A DNA stretch of 64,000 nucleotides from Botryllus schlosseri (Eukaryota), in the NCBI GenBank assembly GCA_051294905.1, contig CM119378.1, forward strand, positions 3,660,001 to 3,724,000, given 5' to 3'. This document shows positions 24,601 to 38,043 of the stretch, piece after piece. Below the pieces are notes generated by a model. That model did no database searches. It saw nothing but the letters and a program-made list of their open reading frames with translations, and had not been told where the DNA came from. Numbering within the stretch: the first letter of the stretch is position 1; each line of letters begins with the position of its first letter. Position numbers and translations under genes: made by a program.

Positions 24601-27600
24601 GCCTCATATCTCCTTTCGCGCTGTACTTTTTAATAATAGTTATGTAAATTGATGATGTTGGATGAAAAAATGGTTCAAATTTAGTTATTTATGAACATCG
24701 ATCTGAAACACCAATAATCATCGACTCATCGAGGGTTTTCTCGATTTTCACTTACTCACCCAGACGACAGGTGAGGCACTGCCTCACCTGCCTCATTGGA
24801 CCGCACGTCACTGTATGGCACACATTTGGGCAAACTTGCTCGAGTCCGTATGGCCTACTCGAAGGTTGCTGATTTGGAAGCCTGATTTGAGCCAGAAAAG
24901 GAGTACATACAATTTTCATATCGCTAATCAGTGTGGTGGTCATTCGTCTCCATTCAAGCCAAAAATAATTTCAATACTCAAGTCCGAACCCGAAAGTTTC
25001 GACCTTTGAATTTGTGAAAAGGCGCGCTAAAAAGGGGGTTTGTTTGCAGCAATAAAGGTTCAAGTATATGAGAGTTCAGTTCAAGATACTATCCGTCTGT
25101 GGTTAGTACATCGTTTGTTGTGGAGTTATTACGATAGGACAAACGCCGTTAATAGTCTTACAACTTGCAATCATCCCACGAAGAGGGGTAAGCATACAGA
25201 CGGCTTAATGGAATTGGCATTTAAAAAGGATGGAGTTTCGAGTTCGAAATTGGCGGTGATTTAACCCCCACCCCCAATCCCATCACGTGGCTACGCCACT
25301 GTTAGTACTGATGAGTGATGACTCTAATCTACCAATGGCTGACATCGCACAACAGAACATCGGTACGCGTCCATCGGTACGCCAGACGACACGCGTTTTC
25401 TGTGTAGCGAGATAGCGTAGTGGTATCATCCACAGCTGCAACACCACCGACCGACCAAGGTCGACTTCAGAATTCCTACCGAAGTGTTGGGGGTTTATCT
25501 AGGCTCCTCCTCGCCATCTCATCCGTGTTAGCGTTGTCTTATAAAAGCCGAGAAGTAGGGCCGTGCTACAAGCCGGCAGCTACGGAATAAAATTGAAGAA
25601 AATTGGCCTGGTGTAAATGACCACGACGTACGCCATGAATAGGCCTACCACAAACAACAATAACCATAACAACAAATGTTTTCTAGTTGTTCGGAAACCA
25701 TTTTTTCAAATGCGCTACTAGAACTAGAACTAGAGCTACGCACGTTTCAGAAGCTGTAACGATATAGAAGCACAAATAACCACCAAAACAGTATTTAGTT
25801 GACCGTCAGCTAACTAGATTGGTTGTTTGCCTTTGGGCGGGACAAGAGCTACAGACAGTAGCTTAATATATATAGGTATGTAATCCATTTTCTCAATAAG
25901 CATAATTTCGTAACCACAAACAAGCTTCAACCTTATAATTACCGTAACAGCCGACGAAGTCGTCGACATTAATTCTGTGGTTGCAGAGACGTTGGGCGGC
26001 ATCTCTGTCGGTCCGCCAGAGGATGAACATTCCGTCTCGGATGAATTCTGGTGACTTGCTCTCGCCAAAAACGGGTTCGCTGTAAAGGCTCGCGTTAGGC
26101 TTGAACATTAGGGCTGTTCAAAAATAACTTTTTTTTCCCGATTCAAGTCGGTCACCTCTTAAATCGTCAGGTTGCAGTAGAAAACCTTGCTCACCAAATT
26201 TCACTCGATTCCAACCGGTAACGGCCTCCGCAGACCCAATTAAAATTTTTAATTTATTATGGAAAATTAAAAAAAAAAATTCCAAATTTTTTTGCCAACC
26301 CCATGAAATTGTTGAGCTGTCTTCAAAGATGTTGCAAAACAAATTTGAGTCAATTCCGACCAGTAGAAGCGGAGTTATGTGAGTTTTTCGAAGATAATCC
26401 TCGGATTATCCTTGATCGGTGATAATCCGCGATTTATCAACGAAAAACTTACATAACTCCGCTTCTACTGGTCGGAATTCACTCAAATTTGTTTTGCAAC
26501 GTCTTTGAAGACAGCTCAACAATTTCATGGGGTTGGCAGAAAAATTTGGGAATTTTTTTTTTTTTTAATTTTCCATAATAAATTAAAAATTTTAATTGGG
26601 TCTGCGGAGGCCGTTACTGGTTGGAATCGAGTGAAATTTGGTGAGCAAGGTTTTCTACTGCAACCTGACGATTTAAGAGGTGACCGGCTTGAATCGGGAA
26701 AAAAAAGTTATTTTTGAACAGCCCTATTGAACATATTCCGACAAGCATCGCCGCTCGCTTACCGAGAAAGGGGCACAAAAACGCCCCGACGCTGTAGGAT
26801 AAATGGTAAAGTTGAATGTAGGAACGCGACGACTTTTCTCCCCACAATCGTAGAATGACGGCCTGTATGCCTCAAGGAAATTCGGTGACAATCACCTTGT
26901 CTGCCCGGCGTATTGTCATTGTACTATGATGCTAACAAGCTCTTATATACATGTACAACATTGCAAACTTGTAGATTTACCTACGGTCTTCAGGCACCCA
27001 AACACTGTATCTTTATAGTGTGAGAATGAAAACCACATGTGGGCGACGCAAGAATCGATCTATTGTTGGTGTTTATGAAACAAAAAATGAGGTGCTTATC
27101 AGCTAACGACATTTTGCGCCACGGTCAAAGACATAATGTAGACGATACAATACAGACGATAAAATAATGACACATATCAAAATGGAGTAAAATCGATCCA
27201 TCTATAATTTCATTGTTAAGTTTGTTTACCTTTTTTAGGTTTCCAGATCCCAACAGTGTCAAAGCCTCCAGTTAGGTAACTAGTAATAAATATTTTACGG
27301 AAGCTATATATAGCAGTGTTGGGATGACTCGATTCAGACTCGTTTCAGCTTTTTCGTATGACTTGACTTGACTCGAGTCACTTTGGAAAATTGACTTGAC
27401 TTGACTTGACTCGGAGCTTCAAAAATGGGCATAGGCTCGTGACTCGGAGTAAAGTTTACGAGTCAATTTCAAGTCATCAAGTAAACACTGTCGAATAAAT
27501 CACTGTATCTTGTGTATGTTCGGATTGTTCGAGATAAGCCGGTGTCACTTGTGAGAGCAACCAGTCATTCACTGATTCTACGTTACACTGATCCTCCATC

Positions 27601-30600
27601 GTTACATCACATATAAATTGACCGTAAACTAAACGATCACAGCTTACGTTGTCGAAGTAGTAGTAGTAGAATATCAATCTAAATAGCAATGTGTCTCTGT
27701 TTCTTAGACGGCTTAACGCTTATGTTGCGCAGTGCTCATATTTACCGACCCGCTAGTATGATTTAAATCGAATAAATATAGTTTGTGTAGGCTCTTCTAC
27801 CATATCAATTTGTTTCAACTTCTCGAAGCTTCGCATTAGGTCCTATATTTTGGATGATATAACTGACTGCATCATGTAGCTGTACACTGTACAGTTACTC
27901 CCGTATTTTTCATTAGCAGTTCCACGGGTGCGTGAGGGATACAGTGTCTTTTTGCATGTATATTTAACTCGATATTCGTTATTTGATTCAAGATAAATGA
28001 TCCCTTAATCCGTCTTTCACGCAGCTAGCAAAATGTAATGACTTTGAATCATCACTCGTACTTCAAAAATTCAATTTGACTTGAATTGTGACTTGACTCG
28101 TGACTTGACTTGACTTGACTCGACTTGACTCGAGTCACCTCCAAAAAACGAGTGACTTGACTCGAGTCAAAATGTGCAATGACTCGAGATGACTCGTGAC
28201 TCGAAGGTAGTGACTTGATCCCAACACTGATATATAGTAGTGAGATTGGTGATTCTGAAATGAACGACAGCTGCTACATTACATATTCATTAGTCATTCT
28301 AGTAATGTCGAGATTTTGATCAAACAATAACTCGCCAAATTTCACTAACAGATGCTATACGGACGAAGAATATCATAAAATGATTACGATGAAACTATAT
28401 GCACCAACGATTATTAATAGTCGGCAACCGACTTGTCTTGCTATTCTATGCGACAATCCTGCACCAAATGCCGGAGTTCAATAGCAGAAAATGGCAATGA
28501 CAAAAACATGATATCTGGGGTTCGAGTTCAAAATATAGTGAGTTGCAAAATTTCATAAATAGGGTAGCATTCAAAATAATGATAGAATGCGATAGAACGA
28601 AAAAAACGGTTGAGCATGCGACACTTTAGCATGCGTCACTTGATTATGTTACTTTATATCTCCAAAAATAACCCTACTGCTTGACTCACACCCAACTTTG
28701 AACCTAACCCAACCCTAATCCTAACAATATCCCATATATTCAAGGGTTCTATACCAATACCGAGAAAACCATTACCGAGAACGGACATTACCGAGAATGG
28801 TCATAACCGAGAATGGACACCACCGAGAATGGACATTACCGAGAATGGCCAATGTCAAGAATATAGCTTACTGGGACTGACATTGTCGAGAAATTTATAC
28901 CTGAGCATCGATACCGAATGTGGCAACGCCGTGATGCACTCACACGACCTGCGCATATGCATAACATGCCTGCATTGCATATATTGCATTCTCGGTAATG
29001 TCCATTCTCGGTGGTGTCCATTCTCGGTAATGTCCATTCTCTGTGGTGTCCATTCTCGGTAATGTCCATTCTCGGTGGTGTCCATTCTCGGTAATGGCAT
29101 TCTCGGTAATGGTTTTCTCGGTATTGTCCGGACACCATATTCAAGTGTCTCCAGTCGAAATGTCGCCTGCTCGTTAGGGGTGTTTAAAATTGACTTCTTT
29201 CTCAAATTGTTTTGGCTACATAATAAAATCGTTAGGTTACCTAATTTAAGGCGGCACACCACATTTGGTTCAATTCCAACCAGTAGCCGAATTGCTTGAA
29301 TAAAATAGTATTTACGGTGGGCACACATACATTAAATATTTAAAGAATTGGCCACCGTAAATACTATTTTATTCAAATCCAAATTTTCCGACGGCAATAA
29401 CTCCACTTCCACTGGTTAGAATTTAGCCTAATTTGATGAAAATCGTCCTATAGACAACCTAACAATTTCATGGGGTGAACAGAGAATTTTGAAACTTTTT
29501 TATTTTTTTTATTGTTATATAATAGATAAAAAAACTCTCTTTTCCTGTAGCAATGCGGCTACTGGTTGGAATTGATCTAAATTTGGTGTGCAGATTTAAA
29601 TTAGGTAACCTAACAATTTTATCAAGTAGCCAGTACAATTTGAGAAAAAAATCATTTTTGAACGCCCCTAATTCTTATAGCACACGGACCAAAATGCTAG
29701 GAGCATGAATATCATCTATGCAATTTCGAAATACCCATAGTCCATATATATTGTGATTGCATTGTAAGGGAACATACCAACGTCCAGATATCCAAATACC
29801 AAGCCCCCAACGATGACATCGGCGATGAGCAAAGGAAAGCTTCCTATCCACGGGATAACCAGTTCGGTTGCAGCCAGGATGCTTAGAGCGAGCCCTGTTT
29901 CATACAGTTGAACAACTAAAATATTTTGAGCCTTCCTAATTGGACTAGAATTCGAATTGTAGCTACACAGTTTTTTTCAATTTAGACTAGGATTATAATG
30001 ATTGAATTCGTACTTAGAAATTGAATTAAATTCCGAGTCAGGAAATAATACGACAAAATCCATCCACGTTCACTTCATATTAATTCAGAGTTCGTTCTTA
30101 TAATCACGAGAATGACAGCTGTCTTTACACCAAGCTTGTCTCGTTTCACACTATTCGGTTCTCTTGTAGCATTTTCGGGAAAACAAATTAGATTAGAATT
30201 AAAATTAGAGCATGGAAACATCCCACAAATGATATTAGTATTAGATGACCGGCATTTCGCTCTAATTGGTTTAAATATACAATTAGCATTATCCAATTGT
30301 CGAAGTCTGCCTTGTTAAATCAAGTGTCGACTCGAAAACAATGCGTCCATCTGAAAGATATCTTGAATATTCCGCGTACCGAGGGATAGAAGTTCACGAA
30401 AAAACAGTCCAGTAATCCGCCTCATGAAACCACCCGCGACTGATCCCGCCAGAATACCGACGGATCTGCCGGTAAAAGTCGTGGAAATCTTGTACACCTC
30501 GGCGTCCACGTTTTGTGCAAGATAGAGCAGAGTCGGCCCAGAGAGCGCACTGTATGCCCCCTGGAGAGACGAAAATTATTGTATTATTGTACCTGATGCC

Positions 30601-33600
30601 AATTATATCGTTGCGTTTAACACTTCATGCAACACGCTCCAGAAAGCATAGTGATATCACAGGATAAATGGATGAAGTCACAAAAAGCAAGATTATAGTA
30701 GTCTGTGAGTCGATCTTACATAATACACGATATTTGAGAAGGAGACATTAATGCCTTCTGTGAGACATTCATTACATATTCAGTAGGGCGGTTCAAAAAT
30801 AACATTTTTTCCTTAATCTTGCGGGCTACATGATTAAATCGTCAGGTTACCTTAAAAAACGACGCACACCAAATTTGAATTCATTCCAACCAATATTCGC
30901 GGTTTACGTAGAGTTTGAAAATTTTGAATTTGCCCAGAAACACAAACAATTTTTTTTTTCAAATTTTTCTGCTAACCCCATGAAATTGTTGGGCTGTCTT
31001 CAAAGACTATGCAAAACAAATTTTACTCAATTCCAAGCCGTAGAAGCGGAGTTATTCCAGTTTTTCGATGAAAATTCTTGGATTATCCACCGATCAAGGA
31101 TAATCCCAGAATTATCAAAGAAAAACTGATATAACTCCACTTCTACTGCTTAGAATTGAGCCAAATTTGTTTTGCATAGTCTTTGAAGACAGCCCAACAA
31201 TTTCATGGCGTTAGCAGAAAAATTTGAAAAAAAAATTTTTTTGCATTTCTGGGCAAATTCAAAATTTTCAAACTCTACGTAAACCGCGAATATTGGTTGG
31301 AATGAATTCAAATTTGGTGTGCGTCGTTTTTTAAGGTAACCTGACGATTTAATCATGTAGCCCGCAAGATTAAGGAAAAAATGTTATTTTTGAACCGCCC
31401 TAATATTCAGTTTGTCTGTCGAATGGACTGTAGTGTAAAACATAGCGCGGTCAGTAACCGCCTTCAACTTCTCCGAATTCACAAGTGGTTTTGGTTCGGT
31501 TAATTAGTCTGCAGAAACAAGTTTTCGCTCTTTAACCTACTATACTTTCCTTTTACGTTTAAATATTGTCAGGTAGAAAGTATGTACTATTTTATTTACT
31601 AATATAATATGAAGCAGTAGAAGGGATTTGTTTCATGTGGAGAATAGGCTACACCCTAGTATCACGCTGTAGATGTGTACTGTACTGTTTTTGCGCCCGC
31701 TGATTTGAGGCATTCTAGTTTCTAGTTGCACAGATCCACACTCATAGCAACAACAAAATATGTGGAATTGTGCATTCACAGTTTCACACCCATGTACCAC
31801 CCGTGATATACGGGCGTGAATCTACACCCATGGTTCACGGAATCAATACATACCTCAGACTTACGCCGCGGAATAAATCAAATACAACATTGTAATCCAA
31901 ATTCTGCTTGCATGTATGAACGCAGGGCGGTGTGCAGTTGTGCACGAATGCACGTATAGGATATATAACGGCGATGTAATTCTGAGTTAGGATCTGTCTC
32001 CCTGATACACACTCTTTTCGCTAGGAATGCACTCTACAAATTTTAAAATTATCACCTACAATTAACCAATAATATTGCGCGCCGGGGTGTGCTTCTAAAA
32101 CTACCTACTGTATTACTTTTCAAATCATGTCATTTCTACTACTCGCAGCTGTTTCGACAACTTTCGGATATCGCTACTTATAGAATTGTGTGTTTGCAAT
32201 GTCATATCTACTTCTTCTCGAGTAGCACCTGATGCATGGATCATGAATTTTACCACATCTTTGTATATACTGCAATTTTATCAGCAAAAGATAGCAAGGT
32301 CCTGAGTAGTAAGTAATTATTGAGTTTAGGAATTACCGTACTTATACATGCAGTGGTCGCATGCTAATAGGTTCACGGACCAGTATAACTGTCTACTGTC
32401 TATAAAGTTTTGTAACAAAACGACTGAGAAAAGATTGAATCCTACCACTGCTTGTGGATCTAATGTGCACCGTGTAGTATCGTTCAGATATGCTGTATTG
32501 TGTATAACATGTATGACCAACACTGTATAAGATTATTCATTCGCTAAAAAGTACAAAAGATAACTAGAAACCTAACATATACAATACTATCCAAAACCGA
32601 ATGACGACACGGCGAAGGTTTCTTTGTAGGTTATAGGTTAATCGGCAGACTCCCAGCTCATGTAGATAAATGTGGATGCGGTTTGGCATTCGATGTAAGC
32701 AGCCCGCGTTAACCTTAACAGGTCTGCGTCTTGCCGGTGAATTGGCACTGGTAGCATTGTGGAATGTAAACTGCGGTAGCCTAAACTAGGTTTGTTGATA
32801 AGATGAGACACCTATATTGGATTGGCAATATGAAACACCTTAGGAAGTAACATGTAGACGTCCCCCATGGCTATGTGTACATATGTCAAACGGTCTAGTT
32901 CTAGTAACAATCACACAGTGAACTTGCGGATAGGAAGAATATGATGTCAAAAGACATTGGATTATAAACGAAATCAACAATAAGATTTCACTCCATATAC
33001 AGCTTAGATCAGAGGTCTCAAACACGCGGCCCGCGAGAGCATTTTGTGCGGCCCGCGACGGCATTTTCGAATTTCAAGTATATAACAATTTATTCAGGGG
33101 CCATATATCTTTCTTAGATACAAGAACCTAAAGTTCACGCTAAAACTACTATAAAAATCACTGAAATCTCTAAGCCTGTATTTACTTCACATACATGAGC
33201 GTAACCAGCTGGATCACCATTTGAGGAGGGAGCTTTCAGCAAAGACTTGATATCACGGATATACAACGACACAAAGCACGACAGCGTAGTCGCGATGGCG
33301 AAAATCAAGTAGGCCTATGCGGTGTAAGATCATATACAGATTCTGAATGACATTTGCTTTTGTACTTTTATGCCTCGATTGCCAATGCACTGGCACAAGA
33401 TGTTATTTCTCTCGCGAATATCCAATTATGAGGATAGCCATGTGTCCATTTGATTTACCAAGTCAAACTACACGGCAACTTACTGTTTTGTTGTACAATA
33501 TGCAACGTTCCACGTATACAAAAACGGTCAGCAACAAACTAAGACTAAGATTTAATCTATATCATCGCTAAGAGTAATATTATTCAACTTACCATGGACG

Positions 33601-33658
33601 CTCTTACAATTGAAATTGAGATTAGGAAAATTCCGGTCCATCTGTTTCGCACACGCAT
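18460..33658 (-). CDS. MFSD4: MFSD4/NAGLT1-like major facilitator superfamily transporter, 11 coding exons, ~481 aa
   Basis: Exons 33658-33593, 30560-30380, 29894-29778, 26870-26763, 26079-25943, 22890-22791, 22729-22545, 22358-22221, 21277-21184, 18841-18705, 18642-18460; all GT-AG, phases consistent, 1446 nt open; motifs GPTLLYL, GRSVG, GYLDVG, WGEKS, VFWLGFGLGRG, LYPSG. Confidence 0.9.
18705..18841 (-). CDS. MFSD4-like exon 10
   Basis: GVSLVSQMTNISGIYMFVCNIGNACGSLSMLLLAGYLFDNVGPFSV. Confidence 0.88.
19205..19379 (-). mobile_element. tRNA-derived SINE (second family)
   Basis: Minus strand starts GGGAGGCGAGTGGCGCACTGTG (A-box-like) with GGTTCCAACCC (B-box-like). Confidence 0.55.
19478..20449. 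mobile_element. Older copy of the CAGTGACGTGCGG hAT MITE, containing a SINE fragment
   Basis: Ends and GTGAGG/CCTCAC motifs similar to 24232-24813; near-TSD ataggaca/ataggact. Confidence 0.65.
21184..21277 (-). CDS. MFSD4-like exon 9
   Basis: TFMVVFGRHIYWMSWIVTASHGFTTSMLYPS. Confidence 0.88.
21625..21965 (-). mobile_element. RLE-type non-LTR retrotransposon (R4/Dong-like) 3' fragment
   Basis: DLKMEREQMWRCKINIVPVVISATG...IQKIALFGT resembles the restriction-like endonuclease C-terminus. Confidence 0.7.
22221..22358 (-). CDS. MFSD4-like exon 8
   Basis: VLEASRLTSVFWLGFGLGRGIGVLASRKLQPRTIIAWSILGSIIDM. Confidence 0.88.
22545..22729 (-). CDS. MFSD4-like exon 7
   Basis: ...WLLFVFVTGYYFCSTTTENVFYNYIYSIAICSDLNFT; 61-nt upstream intron. 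Confidence 0.88.
22791..22890 (-). CDS. MFSD4-like exon 6
   Basis: VRFDPVGWAYIIVACVMLFASFLLQGLSFIKIE. Confidence 0.88.
22958..23384. mobile_element. hAT MITE with GGATT subterminal repeats
   Basis: TIR CAGAGATGAGC / GCTCATCTCTG; perfect TSD GTTGCTAC. Confidence 0.9.
24232..24813. mobile_element. hAT MITE
   Basis: TIR CAGTGACGTGCGGT / ACCGCACGTCACTG; perfect TSD TATGGCAC. Confidence 0.9.
25407..25623 (+). mobile_element. tRNA-derived SINE, family 1 (B box deleted)
   Basis: Similar to 38044-38240 and 54735-54950; ends GGCCTGGTGTAAATGACCA. Confidence 0.7.
25943..26079 (-). CDS. MFSD4-like exon 5
   Basis: ANPFLARASHQNSSETEC...SSAVT (Ser/Thr-rich loop). Confidence 0.85.
26109..26726. mobile_element. 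Palindromic hAT MITE (~300-bp arms)
   Basis: TAGGGCTGTTCAAAAATAAC ends; whole element is an inverted repeat; perfect TSD TTGAACAT. Confidence 0.95.
26763..26870 (-). CDS. MFSD4-like exon 4
   Basis: GIQAVILRLWGEKSSRSYIQLYHLSYSVGAFLCPFL. Confidence 0.92.
27314..28229. mobile_element. hAT MITE with (TGACT)n subterminal arrays
   Basis: TIR CAGTGTTGGGAT / ATCCCAACACTG; perfect TSD ATATATAG. Confidence 0.92.
28745..29136. mobile_element. Mutator-like (9-bp TSD) MITE with tandem-repeat TIRs
   Basis: Inverted arrays of ~17-19-nt CCGAGAATGGAC units; TSD ATATTCAAG (28736-28744, 29137-29145). Confidence 0.85.
29175..29670. mobile_element. Old degenerate relative of the palindromic hAT MITE
   Basis: TAGGGGTGTTTAAAAT / ATTTTTGAACGCCCCTA ends; internal CAATTTCATGGGGT motif. 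Confidence 0.7.
29778..29894 (-). CDS. MFSD4-like exon 3
   Basis: LALSILAATELVIPWIGSFPLLIADVIVGGLVFGYLDV. Confidence 0.9.
30380..30560 (-). CDS. MFSD4-like exon 2
   Basis: GAYSALSGPTLLYLAQNVDAEVYKISTTFTGRSVGILAGSVAGG... Confidence 0.92.
30784..31402. mobile_element. Palindromic hAT MITE
   Basis: TAGGGCGGTTCAAAAATAAC ends; perfect TSD ATATTCAG. Confidence 0.95.
33593..33658 (-). CDS. MFSD4-like exon 1
   Basis: MRVRNRWTGIFLISISIVRASM followed by GTAAGT, phase 0. Confidence 0.75.
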
Positions 33659-34769
33659 CTTACTAATCTAAAAGATTGATCGACTGGTATTGAAGCACTC
33701 ATGCAGTTTGAATCTATAACTCGTCTCTTATATACGATTGCACCGTTACATGTTTGCTATAGACGCAAGCAAAAGAGCAAACAAAGTGACTGTGCGTTCA
33801 CTCACGGAGTGTAGCTCATCAATTCTAAAGTCCAAATAAATCAGCGGTTTCGTTTGGTATTACTGCATCTCCGAACGCACGATTGTATGTAATGGATAGT
33901 CTCTTTCCAACGCAACTTACAAGTATCGCAATATAGTTGGCACTCAAGAAAAATTGACGTCATAACTTACTACACAATTACTAGTATAACTATAGATTTC
34001 CAACCAAGTAAAAAATTAGGTATTATATAGGCCTGATGTTGCGTTAAAAAGAACTTTGTCACATAAATTGGCATTCAAGTGTTTGACTCGATTCGTAGAA
34101 AATGCATAGCTAAACTACCGCACCCCAAACCCCCAAATTTGGCGGCCCGGGGTAACAGGTGTATTTTTGAGAAGATTTGTTCAACTTGAAGTTTTGTCTT
34201 CGCACTTCACACGATTTATTGTCCCCGGATTTCTTGATTTTAGCATGGATTACACCCACCCTAAAAATAAAAAAGATACGATCAATTACGCATACGGAAA
34301 TTACTCCAATTGTATTCGCAATGATGAGAGAATGGTACATTCCTAGTATCGCTTGAGGCTGTTGGAATGTTTTCATCTAGAGTTGAATTCATAGTGTGCA
34401 CTTGGCACCACCAGTCTTTTCAGGATGGAACATACCATACCAAGACAGATAACGTTAAGGCCAACAGACTATACTCCGTAAGCACATCGTAAGCGATAAA
34501 GGCCTAGGCACAAAATGATCGGTGCATGTAGGCCGAAACGTTTTCGATACTGATGTCTCAACGCGCCCAAATAATAGCCGGAGACGAGTAGCCCTGTCCT
34601 TGCAAAATTGACGCCGAGGTTCAACTGGAACTCTTGCGCCACGTATACGCATGCGTGTCGCAGAATCAGTTATTCTTCTCGTTTGGTATGGCACTTGTGA
34701 GCAGACTTGGACAACAAGACAATTTTCAACTTTTCAAATTATATTAGAAGTAGAATCATAGTTTGAGTT

Positions 34770-34995
34770 TGAGTAAGAATTTCGTCATTTAAAATCGCTA
34801 CAAGACTGCGATACATTGAAAAAATAGGAAGGTGTCGAAACGACTTGGAGTAATTTGACATCGGACACCCATCTAAGCGTAGGCGATGTAAAGAAGAGGC
34901 ATGCACATTGAATGAAAAGTAAAATAAGATAATGCAACAGGACATGCGACGGGACGAGATGGCATTTGACGGAAGGTGAGATCAATATGTCAGGT
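34770..34995 (-). mobile_element. LINE (CR1/L2-like) 3' end fragment
   Basis: Shared with 40985-41260 and the split copy 53195-53298/58120-58255, which ends in AATAAA plus (ATTG)n on the minus strand. Confidence 0.6.
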
Positions 34996-37900
34996 CGTGG
35001 TCTGGTAAACTCGGAGACTGAAAGCTACACTGTTTTTTTGGTAAAAAACACCAGAATTGGAACTTTTTCACTACACAGGCTTTTCCAAATGAGACTAAAA
35101 TTGGCATTACTGAATCTGAGAAAACTTGGACATTTATTGAATGAAGTTCACTTCATACGTAATCAGAGCTCATTCTCAAAAGCACGAAAATAGCAAATGT
35201 TTGTACTCCAAACTTGGCGCGTTTCAGACTATATAGTTCTCATCTGTCATTTTCTGGAAAACCAGACATTAGACTAGAATTAAAATTAGATCAAAGAAAC
35301 ATATCATATATTACATTATAATTAGATCGCCAGCATCTTGGTCTAGTCTCAAGTCTGTGAGCAATTCCAGAATCTGTTAAGTAGCCACAATTTCTACTGG
35401 ACTTTACGAAATAACAACATACTTCAACATAGTAATTAATAACTGTGGACCCACCCGAAGTTAACTCGCGAGAACCGCACGAATAGTCTTAATCGTGCGG
35501 CATGAACCACGGACGTTGTTGATGATGTATAATTATGTGCCAACGATTTTTGAACTTGCCATCAGTTTTAGCTGTAAATCTGATGCGACATCATAAATCG
35601 TTGGCAAAATATGTAAGTACCAATATTATTGACCACAGTAATCCGTTATAACTTTGAATGATTTTCGCGCTTCGCAAGGAATCAAATCCGCTCTAAGTTT
35701 GATGACATTAACTTTCGCCATTTTGGTGTGTGGTGAGCCGATAGACATGAATTTGTTTTCGCCGTTATCTAAACCGGTTCGTTCGCGAATTGTGTAACAG
35801 CTGACGTACTTCGATACTGAATGAGACTGTACGTAGTGTACATGAGTGTTTGTGTATAAAGGCTAGTGAAGGAATTCTTCTGATCATAATGGGGCTGCTT
35901 AGCACCAAGAAGTTGTATTGATTACACGGAGGGGGCCGAAGACCATCGCTGTTGAGGGGCCTGACAAAATGTTATTACGGACCTGTACGCAGACCTCTTC
36001 GTTCTAAGTCGATAACTCTCTGGGATTTTATGTTAGATACGATGAATCACGCATTATTAGAGAGTCACCAACATCGAAACGCAGCCCCCTGCTATAGCTC
36101 TAACCGCCAACGTTACACCCTAAGAGCAGAGACTAGCTGGTTTTTAATTTTGAGGAATAGGGTTTGAAAAATCATGCGGTCACTACATATTAGTTCATGG
36201 CACCGAGTTTACAATTATTCCAGCATGGAGAAGACACATTGATTATTATTAAAACTCCCAACATTGACTTGCGACAACGGTGGGATTGTCGCATCGCTAA
36301 ATCACTGTGAGACAATATATGAAAAACCCGAAAAAGACATCGAAATATGTGAAGAAACAAATCATGTAGAATATCGCCGACTCAATCAAATAATTGACTC
36401 TAGTCCAAGGCAGGTTTATGCTTCAGAACAGCTTGGCAGGAAGTACAATACCGTACAATATTCATTTCAACTGTACGCAGCCTGTACGCAGCTCAGTGTA
36501 CGCAGCTGGTAAATTACATTATTTCGTGATATCATATGCAATTGTTTCTCATCCTTTAGTTAGCAGTTGGTAATGGACTTATTTGTTGCTTTTCAAGTAG
36601 ACAGAGTGATGTTAACATGCATTCAGCTTGGGATATCCGTCCATCTATACTATATAATGATTCTCGAGGAAACCGCCGCGATATTTTGAATTGGTACTTC
36701 CTGCGAGATGCTTACAAATAGTGCAGTGCACTGCACATAATTGCAGGTGCGTAGCCAGGAGGTCTAGGGGTCGAGATTGAGAACCACTGTGTTAGATGGT
36801 GGTCCGTTAACCTTGAGCTCTGATTAGTATTTAACATGTATACATATATCCTATCCGTTGGTTATTTCGATTAGGCCATAGGGGTGGTCAACCTGCGGTC
36901 GTACAAATGTATACAGCCGTAAAACAATAATAATGCGGTCGACTACACATAATTGATACAGCGTGTTGGCGACCGTCAATATACTATTTGAATTAACAAA
37001 TTAGTTACGAAATCTTTGAGTTATTTTAATGCAAATTAAAAAAATTCTTCGCAGTCAGCGCGATTCAGCGTGACTTGGATTTTGGTTTTTAATATAATAG
37101 CGTCTTGCAATCTGAGCTGCCCAGGTACGTTTGGGCGATTTATGATGATTCTGACTATATACCAACAATCCTGATGGAAGGTCATGAAATTGTAATATGC
37201 AACAAAGCGAATAATAAAAGCTGGAAGATGAGTCATCCATAATTTTGTGCACAAATTTACGAAGACATCCTCTCCATCAGCTCCACCGGTCAATCTGATC
37301 ACGTGGACTGAGAATGGATAAATATGTGACAGTAATATGTGAAACTTCCAATATTATAGACGATATTCATTGCTGAGGTTGAGAAAATTTTCTGAATCTG
37401 AATCCAAATAACTTTTTCTTAACATTTATAATCGCGATTTCGGTACATATATAGTAAGCTTACGGAGACTTACTGCTTACTACAACTAGCAGCTTTTATA
37501 CCCAAAGTATATCTCAAGAATTCAGTGATTCATAATTCCACAAGAGCTCTCCTCTCCGTCGTGCGAAGCTCCCGGTAGCCAATTTAACATGAGTATTTAT
37601 CGTCCAGATGAACTCTCCGCTGGGATCCGGCCGTATGCTATGTATATGTAATCGAAATTCGGCAGTGCATATCATAAAGGTTGAACACCCCTGCAAGGTT
37701 TACTATGGAATCGGTGCAATATGTTTTCAGGGTTGTACGAGGATTGAGTAAACGCTAAAAGGATGTGCCACGACGAAAAAGATTGCGGAGCACTGCCTAG
37801 TCGAGTCTTGTTACTTTTCATGTTTAAGAAAATGACTAGAGTCAAGTCAACTAACGAGAAAACCGCGACTTGAATAATCACAAAGATTCAAATATCATTT

Positions 37901-38043
37901 ATTTTTATTATTTCGCTACTTGGTTGGCCACCGCCCTCGCACGTATAATTTCACCACAGTTCAACATAATGTCTTCGGGTGATAATGCCGTTTATACACA
38001 ACGTCTTGTGTTTGTTTGCTTGCTTGTAGTTTGTCGACTATGA

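Noticed and set aside
28700..28726. Telomere-like CCCTAA repeats
   Set aside because: Three or four imperfect units inside a transposon remnant
28770..29120. Repetitive ORFs (REWTPPRMDITENGHH) and repeat array
   Set aside because: Translation of tandem TIR units of a 9-bp-TSD MITE
30830..31356. Near-identical ORFs on both strands (also 26118-26717, 51166-51495)
   Set aside because: Artefact of palindromic MITE arms; no domain features
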